From the NCBI RefSeq assembly GCF_000017305.1, contig NC_009664.2, positions 600,001 to 632,000 on the forward strand: a stretch of 32,000 nucleotides of DNA, read 5' to 3'. The notes under the pieces were generated by a model that ran no database searches, was not told the origin of the DNA, and saw only the letters and a program-made list of their open reading frames with translations. Source of the stretch: Kineococcus radiotolerans SRS30216 = ATCC BAA-149. GTDB taxonomy: Bacteria > Actinomycetota > Actinomycetes > Actinomycetales > Kineococcaceae. The translations under genes and the position numbers were made by a program. Below, one piece after another: positions 1 through 7,824 of the stretch. The number at the start of each line of letters is the position of its first letter. Within the stretch, counting starts at the first letter, position 1.

Positions 1-283
1 CGGCGGACTGCGGCATCCACCCCCCGTCGGCGGCGACGACGAACACCGCCACCGGCACCGGGCCCACCCCGGCGAGCATCGTCGGGACGAACCGCTCGTG
101 CCCGGGGACGTCGACGAAGGCGACCGGCCCGGCGCCCGGCAGGTCCGTCCAGGCGAACCCCAGGTCGATGGTCAGCCCGCGCCGCTTCTCCTCCGCGTAG
201 CGGTCCGGGTCGCGGCCGGTGAGGGCGCGCACGAGGGTGGACTTGCCGTGGTCGACGTGGCCCGCGGTCGCGACGACGTGCAT
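1..283 (-). CDS. selB: Selenocysteine-specific translation elongation factor SelB, N-terminal fragment (the gene runs off the left edge)
   Basis: Minus-strand translation from the ATG at 283-281 reads [23 protein letters not shown]...[10 protein letters not shown], with GTPase G1 and G3 motifs. The start overlaps the selA stop (TGATG). It sits directly downstream of selA and tRNA-Sec. Confidence 0.85.
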   Translation of the reverse strand, partial: MHVVATAGHVDHGKSTLVRALTGRDPDRYAEEKRRGLTIDLGFAWTDLPGAGPVAFVDVPGHERFVPTMLAGVGPVPVAVFVVAADGGWMPQSA

Positions 284-1590
284 CAGGACACCGCCGCCGC
301 GACGGCCCCGACCAGCGCGCCGTCGGCCCCGGCGGGGACGCACCGCAGGTCCAGCAGGGTCCGGCCCCCCTCGACGCGGCCCACCACGGCGGGGTCGCCC
401 CGCCGCAGCGCCTCCGCCAGGTGCGGGGGCAGGGACACCACCCACGACGCCAGTTCCACCCCGGGGGCCCCGCCGCCGCCGACGACGGCCCGCGACGGCT
501 CCACCCGCGCGTCGACCCCCGCGTCCGCGAGGGCGGCCGCGACCTCCCCGCACCGGCGCCGCAGCTCCGCCGGGTCGGCGTGGACGGCGTCCACCGTCGG
601 GTTGGCCGCCGCGCGCAGGGTCGCCTCCAGCGCGGCGAGGGTGAGCTTGTCCACGCGCAGCGCCCGGGCCAGGGGGTGCCGGCGCAGGCGCTCGACGAGT
701 TCCGCCCGCCCCAGCAGCAACCCCGCCTGCGGGCCGCCGAGGAGCTTGTCCCCCGACGCCGTCACGAGGTCGGCGCCGGCGACGAGGACGGAGTGCGCGT
801 CGGGTTCCTCCGGCAGCAGCGGGTCCGGGGCGAGCAGCCCCGAGCCGGTGTCCACGACGACCGGGACCCCCAGACCGGTCAGCTCCCCGGCCTGCACGCC
901 CGCGGTGAACCCGGTGACGACGAAGTTGGAGGGGTGGACCTTGAGGACGAAGCCCGTCCGCTCCCCGACCGCCGCCGCGTAGTCGGCGAGCGTCGTGCGG
1001 TTCGTGGTGCCGACCTCGCGCAGCCGCGCGCCGGTGGACTCCAGCAGGTCCGGCAGCCGGAACCCGTCGCCGATCTCGACGAGCTCCCCGCGGCTGACGA
1101 CGATCTCGCGCCCGGCCGCCAGCGCGGTCGCGGCGAGGACCAGGGCCGCCGCCCCGTTGTTCACGACGTGCACGCCGCCCGCGGCGGGCACCGCCGCGGC
1201 CAGGGCGGCCATCGCGCCCCGCCCGCGCCGCGCCCGCCGCCCGGTGGCGAGGTCCATCTCCACGTCGGTGGCCCCGGCCGCGGTGACGACCGCCTCGACC
1301 GCGGCCGGGGACAGCTGGGCCCGGCCGAGGTTGGTGTGCAGGACGGCGCCGGTGGCGTTGAGGACCCGCCGCAGCGTGGTCCCGGCGGGGGGCAGGGAGG
1401 CGAGGACGAGGTCGACGACGTCGCCGGGGGCCGCCTCGCCGTCGCGGACCCGCTGCTGCGCGACCCGGACGGCGTCCTTGACCGCGTCGCGACCGCGGGT
1501 GCGCACGTCCTCGGCCAGGCGGGGGTCGGCGAGGACGGCGTCGGTGCGGGGGACCGAGCGGCGCACGTCCGGCGCGGGGTTGCGGGGCAC
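283..1590 (-). CDS. selA: L-seryl-tRNA(Sec) selenium transferase (selenocysteine synthase)
   Basis: 435-aa ORF with typical SelA sequence ([50 protein letters not shown] with the PLP lysine). GTG start at 1590. The stop is coupled to the selB start. Confidence 0.9.
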   Translation of the reverse strand: MPRNPAPDVRRSVPRTDAVLADPRLAEDVRTRGRDAVKDAVRVAQQRVRDGEAAPGDVVDLVLASLPPAGTTLRRVLNATGAVLHTNLGRAQLSPAAVEAVVTAAGATDVEMDLATGRRARRGRGAMAALAAAVPAAGGVHVVNNGAAALVLAATALAAGREIVVSRGELVEIGDGFRLPDLLESTGARLREVGTTNRTTLADYAAAVGERTGFVLKVHPSNFVVTGFTAGVQAGELTGLGVPVVVDTGSGLLAPDPLLPEEPDAHSVLVAGADLVTASGDKLLGGPQAGLLLGRAELVERLRRHPLARALRVDKLTLAALEATLRAAANPTVDAVHADPAELRRRCGEVAAALADAGVDARVEPSRAVVGGGGAPGVELASWVVSLPPHLAEALRRGDPAVVGRVEGGRTLLDLRCVPAGADGALVGAVAAAVS

Positions 1591-1616
1591 GGGGCCAGAA
1601 CCTACCCCGGCGTGCG

Positions 1617-1712
1617 TGGCGGAGGCGGATGGGAATCGAACCCACCTGACCGAGGTGCTCGGTCACGTCGGTGTTGAAGACCGCGGGGGCCACCAGGCAC
1701 CCGTACGCCTCC
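1617..1712 (-). tRNA. selC: tRNA-Sec (anticodon UCA)
   Basis: The reverse complement is GGAGGCGTACGGGTGCCTGGTGGCCCCCGCGGTCTTCAACACCGACGTGACCGAGCACCTCGGTCAGGTGGGTTCGATTCCCATCCGCCTCCGCCA (96 nt). It has a CUUCAAC anticodon loop, a long variable arm (TGACCGAG/CTCGGTCA), a GGTTCGATTCC T-loop, about 13 bp of acceptor plus T stacking, and an encoded CCA. It lies between selA and selD. Confidence 0.9.
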
Positions 1713-1766
1713 CCGGCAGCACGCGTGCCCACCCTGCCACACCGCGACCGCCGCGGCGGTCATACC

Positions 1767-2768
1767 GTGGCCGCCGTGACGGCGACGGAGCGGACGACCC
1801 GACTGACGCAGTACGCCCACGGCGGCGGCTGCGCCTGCAAGATCCCCCCCGGCGAGCTGGAGCGGATGGTCGCCGGCCTCACCGGTCCCCCCGGCGAGGA
1901 CCTGCTGGTCGGGGTCGGCGACGACGCGGCGGTCGTGCGCATCGACGGGGACCGGGCGGTCATCGCCACCGCGGACTTCTTCACCCCCGTCGTCGACGAC
2001 GCGTACACCTTCGGCCGGATCGCGGCGACGAACGCGCTGTCCGACGTCTACGCCATGGGCGGGACCCCGCTGGTGGCGGTGAACCTGCTCGGCTGGCCCC
2101 GCGACGTCCTGTCCCCGGAACTGGCCCGGGAGGTCCTGCGCGGGGGCGCCGACGCGGCGGCGGCGGCCGGGTGCCACCTCGGCGGTGGCCACAGCATCGA
2201 CGACCCCGAACCCAAGTACGGCATGGCCGTCACCGGCCTCGCCGACCCGGCCCGGCTGCTGCGCGGGGACGCCGCCGTCGCCGGGGTCCCCCTGACGCTG
2301 ACCAAGCCCCTCGGCCTGGGGGTCCTCAACAACCGGCACAAGGCGACCGGGGAGGTGTTCGAGGAGGCGGTCGCGGTGATGACGACCCTCAACGCCGACG
2401 CCTCCCGGGCCGCGCTCGCCGCCGGGGTGCGCTGCGCCACCGACGTCACCGGTTTCGGCCTGCTCGGGCACCTGCACGAGGTGGCCCGCGCCAGCGGCGT
2501 CACCGCCGTCGTGGACGCCGCGGCCGTCCCCTACCTGGAGGGGGCCCGGCGTTCGCTGGCGGAGGGTTTCGTCCCCGGCGGCAGCCGCCGCAACCTGGAG
2601 TGGGTCCGCCCGCACCTGGAGGCGTCCGGGATCGGCGAGGAGGAGCTGATCCTCCTCGCCGACGCCCAGACCTCCGGGGGGCTGCTGGTCGCCGGGGAGG
2701 TCCCCGGCTACCCGGTGGTCGGGGAGGTCGTCCCCGCCCGCGACGGCGTCACGCTCGTGGTGCGCTGA
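1767..2768 (+). CDS. selD: Selenide, water dikinase (selenophosphate synthetase), Cys-type
   Basis: Translation contains RLTQYAHGGGCACKIPPGEL, ADFFTPVVDD and ALSDVYAMGG (PurM-like SelD fold). The active-site position is a TGC Cys, not UGA. The track start at 1671 would overlap tRNA-Sec, so GTG 1767 (or 1776) is preferred. Confidence 0.88.
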   Translation: MAAVTATERTTRLTQYAHGGGCACKIPPGELERMVAGLTGPPGEDLLVGVGDDAAVVRIDGDRAVIATADFFTPVVDDAYTFGRIAATNALSDVYAMGGTPLVAVNLLGWPRDVLSPELAREVLRGGADAAAAAGCHLGGGHSIDDPEPKYGMAVTGLADPARLLRGDAAVAGVPLTLTKPLGLGVLNNRHKATGEVFEEAVAVMTTLNADASRAALAAGVRCATDVTGFGLLGHLHEVARASGVTAVVDAAAVPYLEGARRSLAEGFVPGGSRRNLEWVRPHLEASGIGEEELILLADAQTSGGLLVAGEVPGYPVVGEVVPARDGVTLVVR

Positions 2769-2809
2769 GGCTCCGGACCTCGCGCTCAGCAGGACCCCGT
2801 CGGGACGGG

Positions 2810-2860
2810 GAACGGCACCGGGCCCGGTCTGCGCGAGCAGACCGGGGCCCGGTGCCGTTC
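2810..2860. terminator. Bidirectional hairpin terminator between convergent selD and the MCP gene
   Basis: The 22-nt arm gaacggcaccgggcccggtctg (2810-2831) pairs with cagaccggggcccggtgccgttc (2838-2860). There is one bulge and a 6-nt loop. Confidence 0.6.
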
Positions 2861-2864
2861 GTGC

Positions 2865-2909
2865 GGGGTTCAGCCGCGGGGGTTCAGCCGCAGGGGGTTC
2901 AGCCGCGGG
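2865..2909. repeat. Tandem repeat, 3 copies of a 14-15 nt unit GGGTTCAGCCGC(G/A)GG spanning the MCP stop codon
   Basis: The motif ttcagccgc occurs three times, with its TCA at 2870, 2884 and 2899. On the minus strand each copy carries GGCTGA, i.e. Gly-stop. Confidence 0.8.
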
Positions 2910-4536
2910 GCAGGGTGAAGGAGCCCACCAGCTCGTTCAGCTCCACCGCCGCGCGCGAGACCTCACCAGCGGTGGTCGCGGTGTGCGTGGCGCCGGCGGT
3001 GGTCTGGTCCGAGGCGGCGGCGATGCCGGAGATGTTCGTGGCGATCTCCTGGCTGCCGGTGGAGACCTCGGTGACGTTGCGGACCATCTCGGAGGTCGTG
3101 GCGGACTGTTCCTCCACCGCCGCGGCGATGGTGGACTGCAACCCGTCGATGCGGGCGATGACCTCGGTGATCTCCGCGATCGCCCCCGCCGCCGCCGCCG
3201 CATCAGCCTGCGTGGAACCCACCTTCGTGATGATCTCCTCCGTCGCCCGCGCGGTCTGCTGCGCCAGTTCCTTCACCTCACCGGCCACCACCGCGAAGCC
3301 CTTGCCCATCTCCCCCGCCCGGGCGGCTTCGATGGTCGCGTTCAGGGCCAGCAGGTTGGTCTGCTCGGCGATGGAGGTGATGAGCTTGACGACCTCACCG
3401 ATCTCCCGGGAGGAGGCGGAGAGGCGTTCGAGGGTGTCCCCCGCCGCCCCCGCCGCCGCCACCGCCGAAGCCGCGGTCGAGGACGCCTCGGCGGTGGAGG
3501 AGGCGATCTCCCGGATCGCCGAGGACATCTCATCCCCGGCGGCGGCGACGGTGCCGATGTTGGCGGAGATCTCCTCAGTCGCCGCGGAGACGACCTGGGC
3601 CTGGGTGGCGGCCTCCTCGGCACCGGAGGACAGCTGGGTGGCGACGGTGGTCAGCTCCTCGCTGGAGGCGGCCAGGGTGGAGGCGTTGCCGGCGATGCGG
3701 CGCACGGTGTCGGTGAGGCGGTCCATGGTGGCGTCCAGGGCGGTGGCGAGCTGACCGACCTCGTCGCGGGTGGTGATGCCCACGCGCTGGTCCAGGCGAC
3801 CGGAGGCGAGGCCCTCGACGACGGTGAGGACGCGAGCCAGCGGACGGGCGATGGAGCGGGCGACCACCAGGGTGAGCGCGACGGCGACGAGCAGACCGAA
3901 CGCGGTGATCGCCAGGTCGAGGTTGCGACCGTTGCGGTAGGTGGCCTCGGCCTGCTCGGCTGCGGCCGCGGCCTGGGCGTCCTCGAGCTCGTCCAGCGCG
4001 GTGAGGGCGTCGCTGACGGCGTCGAACGCCGGGTCCAGCCGCTCCTCCTCCACCTGCACGATCCGGGGGGCGTCGCCGGTGCGGCTGACCGGCAGCAGCT
4101 CGTCCTCGACGACCGTGCGCAGCTCGGTGTAGGCGCCCTCGAAGTCCTGGCGGGCCTGCTCCTCCTGAGCGGTGGCGGCCGCGTCGGCGGTGTACTGGGC
4201 CCAGACCTCGTCGCTCTGCTCCAGGAACCCCTGGATCTCCCGCTCCCGCGTGTCCATGGCGGCGCCGTCCAGCGCGAGGGCGTGGCGGAGGACGGTGCTG
4301 CGGACCTCGTTCACCGTGCCGTCCACCTGGGCGAGCCGGCTGGCGGGGATGAGGTTGCGCTCGTAGATGCCGCCGCCGGCGTCGTCGACCGCGCTCAGGG
4401 CGCCGATGCCGACCCAGCCGGAGACGACCATGGCGGCCCCGGCGGCGGCGGCCACGCAGGCGACCTTGCCGGCCACGGGGAGGTCGGCGAACCGACGGGA
4501 GCGCCCGCCGTCACGTCGCGGATCGTCGATGCTCAC
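2899..4536 (-). CDS. Methyl-accepting chemotaxis protein (TM, helical sensor domain, TM, HAMP, signalling domain)
   Basis: Highly conserved MCP signalling hairpin ([42 protein letters not shown]) and a HAMP-like segment ([27 protein letters not shown]). GTG 4536 is preceded by GAGGGGGAA. The ATG at 4611 is an alternative start, but it lies inside hairpins and has poorer codon bias. Confidence 0.88.
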   Translation of the reverse strand: MSIDDPRRDGGRSRRFADLPVAGKVACVAAAAGAAMVVSGWVGIGALSAVDDAGGGIYERNLIPASRLAQVDGTVNEVRSTVLRHALALDGAAMDTREREIQGFLEQSDEVWAQYTADAAATAQEEQARQDFEGAYTELRTVVEDELLPVSRTGDAPRIVQVEEERLDPAFDAVSDALTALDELEDAQAAAAAEQAEATYRNGRNLDLAITAFGLLVAVALTLVVARSIARPLARVLTVVEGLASGRLDQRVGITTRDEVGQLATALDATMDRLTDTVRRIAGNASTLAASSEELTTVATQLSSGAEEAATQAQVVSAATEEISANIGTVAAAGDEMSSAIREIASSTAEASSTAASAVAAAGAAGDTLERLSASSREIGEVVKLITSIAEQTNLLALNATIEAARAGEMGKGFAVVAGEVKELAQQTARATEEIITKVGSTQADAAAAAGAIAEITEVIARIDGLQSTIAAAVEEQSATTSEMVRNVTEVSTGSQEIATNISGIAAASDQTTAGATHTATTAGEVSRAAVELNELVGSFTLPRG

Positions 4537-4599
4537 GTGTCGGTTCCCCCTCGGCGCGAGGACGTCACCAGGCTCCAGCGGAGCGGTTGGCGTCCTCGT

Positions 4600-4666
4600 C
4601 CCCGTCCCCATCGGCAGGGGGACGGGGCGGCTTGAGGGGGCCCCGCGGCCACCGCTCGCGGGGCCC
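4600..4666 (-). terminator. Two consecutive GC-rich hairpins downstream of the FNT gene
   Basis: ccccgtcccc (4600-4609) pairs with ggggacgggg (4618-4627). gggccccgcg (4638-4647) pairs with cgcggggccc (4657-4666). No U-tract was seen. Confidence 0.4.
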
Positions 4667-4698
4667 GGGGCGGGCCCGTCGGCGTCGGCGGGCGCGAC

Positions 4699-5568
4699 CT
4701 AGTGGCGGGGTGCGCCCGCGGTCCCGGCCCCGTCCGAGGCGGCCGGGGCCGCGGCCGGGGCGGTGTCCCGGCCGCTGTGCTCGGTGCCCTTGAGGTAGAG
4801 GAACCAGTAGGCGAGGGCGACGAAGACCCCGCCGCCGACGGCGTTGCCCAGGGCGGCGAAGACCCAGTTGCCGACGATGTTCCCCCAGCCGATGCCGGGG
4901 ACCCCGGCCCACTGCGCGGCGGGGAGGAAGAACATGTTCGCCACGACGTGGTCGAAGCCGAGGGCGACGAAGGCGGTGATGGGGAAGAAGATGGCCAGCA
5001 CCTTGCCGGCGACGTCCTCGGCGGCCAGCGCCATCCACACGCCCAGGCACACCAGCCAGTTGCACCCGATGGCGCGCAGGAAGATCGTCGCGTCGTCCTC
5101 GGTGACGGCCTTCGTGGTCGCGATCGCGGCCAGCCGGGTGAAGGACGGGGAACCCTCCGGCCCGATCACCCCGGTCTGCACGGCGAGGAGGTAGGCGACG
5201 AACAACGCCCCGACGAGGTTCCCGAGCAGGACGAACGTCCAGTTCCGGGCCAGGAGCCCGAGGCTCACCTTCCGGCTCAGCAGGGCGATCGGCACCAGGG
5301 CCATGTTCCCCGTCAGCAGCTCGGAGCCGGCCACGATGACCAGCACGAGACCCATGCTGAACACCGCCCCAGTGAGCAGGGTGGTGACCCCGCCCCAGAT
5401 CGCGGGGTCCAGGCCCGCGGTCACGTCGACGGCGAGCAGCCCGGCGAACGCGATGTAGGCCCCGGCGAGGAAACCCCCGACGAGCATCTTCGGGATCGGG
5501 AGGTGGGCCTTCTTGATGCCGCTGGCGACCGCCGCGACGGCGATCTGGTCCGGCGTCTTGTACGCCAT
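4699..5568 (-). CDS. focA: Formate/nitrite transporter family channel (FocA-like)
   Basis: The 289-aa product starts MAYKTPDQIAVAAVASGIKKAHLP. It carries FNT signatures (GSELLTGN, IGCNWLVCLGVW, GFDHVVANMFF). GAGGAG RBS upstream of ATG 5568. It is the last gene of the fdh operon. Confidence 0.88.
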   Translation of the reverse strand: MAYKTPDQIAVAAVASGIKKAHLPIPKMLVGGFLAGAYIAFAGLLAVDVTAGLDPAIWGGVTTLLTGAVFSMGLVLVIVAGSELLTGNMALVPIALLSRKVSLGLLARNWTFVLLGNLVGALFVAYLLAVQTGVIGPEGSPSFTRLAAIATTKAVTEDDATIFLRAIGCNWLVCLGVWMALAAEDVAGKVLAIFFPITAFVALGFDHVVANMFFLPAAQWAGVPGIGWGNIVGNWVFAALGNAVGGGVFVALAYWFLYLKGTEHSGRDTAPAAAPAASDGAGTAGAPRH

Positions 5569-5584
5569 GGGGTGCTCCTCGGGA

Positions 5585-6697
5585 TCAGGAGGCCCGTTCG
5601 CGGGCCTCCAGCCGTTCCCGCTGGGGAACGACGACGTACTTGGGGTCCTTCGTGGAGGCGACACCGGCCTCGAAGACCGCCATGCGGGTCAGGAACGACC
5701 CGGCGAGCAGGCTCGCCCCCGCCGCGGCGGCGGCCACCCGGGACCGCCGTCCCAGCACCGCGCCGACGGCGCCCAGGGCGGTGAGGGCCCGGGCGGCCTT
5801 GAGGAACTTCCCGGGCCGCCCGAGGTGGAAGGGTTCGCTGACCAGCCCGTGCGCGGTCTCCATGCGGTGCGCGGCAGCGAGTTCCACGGTGGCACCGATG
5901 ACGGCCAGGCGCGAGGCGGGACCGGTCTGGGAGACCGGGGCGAGCACGAGCGCGGCCCCCGCCCCGGAGGCCAGGGCGCTGCCGCTGAAGACGAACGGGA
6001 GTTCCCGGAACGGTTCGTGCCAGCTCGGCACGGCGGTGTCGGCGAACAGGACGGCGGTGTAGGTGGCCAGCAGGGGCGCGGTGAGCGCGGCTCCCGCCCC
6101 GAGGACGTGCCCCAGCGGTCCCGCGACCTTCCGCGCCAGCCCCAGCACGCCGCGCTCCGGCAGCAGTGGCGCCGCCTCGAACACCGCCGCCGCCCCGGCC
6201 AGCGGGCCGTACGCGGTGAGGATCCAGGTCCCCACCGACATGGGGGAGGTGGGTTTCGCCACCCGCAGCATGTTGTAGAAGCGCTCGGGGCGGCCGAGGT
6301 CGATGATGAGGAAGTAGGCGCTGGCGCCCACGGCCCCCAGCGAGGTGATCCGCAGCGCGCGGCGCGCCGCGACGTCACCGCGGGCGGTGGCCACCGCGGC
6401 CAGCATCGAGGAGCCGGCCGCCAGCCCCCCGCTGAACAGGTAGTAGGCGATGTCGTGGGTCCACACCGGGGGTTTGAGGACGGCCCGCCCGTAGTAGGAG
6501 CGGAACTCCGCGTCGGGCACGACGGCGTTGACGTCGCCGCGCCGCCCCTTGCGCTTCTCCCGCTTGCCCATCTCGGCGCTGAACATCCGCGCGGCCTGCC
6601 CGCCGATGGGGTCGGTGCCGGGCACGTGCTCGAAACCGGGCTGACCGGGCTGGTGCGGGGTCTGCTGCGAGGGCTTCGGAGCCGGGTCCGGGCTCAT
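5585..6697 (-). CDS. NrfD/PsrC-family polytopic membrane subunit of formate dehydrogenase
   Basis: 370-aa product with multiple TM helices (YYLFSGGLAAGSS, FLIIDLGRPERFYNMLR, PMSVGTWIL) typical of NrfD-type quinone-interacting anchors. Its ATG (6697-6695) overlaps the fdhB stop (ATGA). Confidence 0.8.
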   Translation of the reverse strand: MSPDPAPKPSQQTPHQPGQPGFEHVPGTDPIGGQAARMFSAEMGKREKRKGRRGDVNAVVPDAEFRSYYGRAVLKPPVWTHDIAYYLFSGGLAAGSSMLAAVATARGDVAARRALRITSLGAVGASAYFLIIDLGRPERFYNMLRVAKPTSPMSVGTWILTAYGPLAGAAAVFEAAPLLPERGVLGLARKVAGPLGHVLGAGAALTAPLLATYTAVLFADTAVPSWHEPFRELPFVFSGSALASGAGAALVLAPVSQTGPASRLAVIGATVELAAAHRMETAHGLVSEPFHLGRPGKFLKAARALTALGAVGAVLGRRSRVAAAAAGASLLAGSFLTRMAVFEAGVASTKDPKYVVVPQRERLEARERAS

Positions 6698-7824
6698 CGC
6701 CGCCCCACCGCCGCGGCGAGGACGCCGAGGACCATGAAGCCCGCCGCGGCCGCCATGTGCTTGTACATCGAGGGCAGGTCGCGGGTGGTGACGACCGGGT
6801 CCGGCGGCAGGCCGTAGACCTCGGGCTCGTCGAGGAGGAGGAAGAACGCGCCGTCCCCGCCGACCCCGTCCTCGGGGTTCTCCCCGTAGAGGCGGGCCTC
6901 GGTGACGCCGACGTCGTGCAGCTGCTGCCGACGGCGCTCGGCGCGTTCGCGCAGCTCGTCGAGGTCGCCGAACTGGATGGACTCCGTGGGGCAGGCCTTG
7001 GCGCAGGCCGGGGTCTGGTCGTCGCCGAGGCGGTCGTAGCAGAGGGTGCACTTCCACGCCCGGCCGTCGGACTCGCGCTTGTCGATGACCCCGTAGGGGC
7101 AGGCCGAGACGCAGTAGCCGCAGCCGTTGCAGACGTCCTGCTGCACGACGACGGTGCCGAACTCCGTGCGGAACAGCGCCCCCGTGGGGCACACGTCGAG
7201 GCAGGCGGCGTGCGTGCAGTGCTTGCAGACGTTGGACATCATCAGCCAGCGGACGTCCTGCCGCCCGTCGCGGTCGGGCAGCGGCGCGGGCGCCAGCATC
7301 CCCGGCATGCCGAGGAACTGCCCGCCGCTCCCCTGCCCCGCCGGGGCCGACGCCGGGGCGGCCGCCGGAGCCGCGGCGGCCGGGGCGCTGCCGCACCCGC
7401 CGCCGCACCCCCCGCCGCCTCCGCCGCCCGTGAGGTTCTCGTGCGCCCGCTCGGCCACCGGGTGCCCGCCCTCGACGGCGGTGCCGAGGCGAGAGGCCTC
7501 GGCGAAGGCGTCGAAGCCGGCCGCGACCGCGTCCTGCTGGACCCGGTCCACCGCCGGGCGCGACTGCTCGATGAACGCGACCGCGCGCCAGGAGTCCGCC
7601 CCCAGGCCGCCGGTGTTGTCGTAGGACATGCCGAGCAGGTCGATGCCGTCCTCGGGGACGGCGTTCCACTCCTTGCAGGCGACCTCGCAGGCCTTGCAGC
7701 CGATGCACACGGAGGTGTCGGTGAAGAAGCCCTTGCGCGGGGGCGGGGAGTCGTACCCCGCGTCGCGCGCCGGGTCGTCGAGGCGGCCGTAGAGGCTGCT
7801 CCCGAGGTTGTCCAGGGTGACCAT
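6694..7824 (-). CDS. fdhB: Formate dehydrogenase iron-sulfur (4x[4Fe-4S]) beta subunit with C-terminal TM anchor
   Basis: Starts MVTLDNLGSS. Cys cluster motifs are CIGCKACEVACKEWN, CKHCTHAACLDVCP, CNGCGYCVSACP and CTLCYDR...CAKACP. Hydrophobic C-terminal tail AAAAGFMVLGVLAAAV. The ATG at 7824 overlaps the fdhA stop (TGATG). Confidence 0.88.
   Translation of the reverse strand: MVTLDNLGSSLYGRLDDPARDAGYDSPPPRKGFFTDTSVCIGCKACEVACKEWNAVPEDGIDLLGMSYDNTGGLGADSWRAVAFIEQSRPAVDRVQQDAVAAGFDAFAEASRLGTAVEGGHPVAERAHENLTGGGGGGGCGGGCGSAPAAAAPAAAPASAPAGQGSGGQFLGMPGMLAPAPLPDRDGRQDVRWLMMSNVCKHCTHAACLDVCPTGALFRTEFGTVVVQQDVCNGCGYCVSACPYGVIDKRESDGRAWKCTLCYDRLGDDQTPACAKACPTESIQFGDLDELRERAERRRQQLHDVGVTEARLYGENPEDGVGGDGAFFLLLDEPEVYGLPPDPVVTTRDLPSMYKHMAAAAGFMVLGVLAAAVGRR

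Noticed and set aside
1671-1766. The upstream extension of selD given by the ORF track (start at 1671).
   Set aside because: It would overlap the tRNA-Sec gene on the opposite strand, and the extra residues have no SelD homology. GTG 1767 precedes the conserved RLTQY...GGGCACKI by a normal distance.
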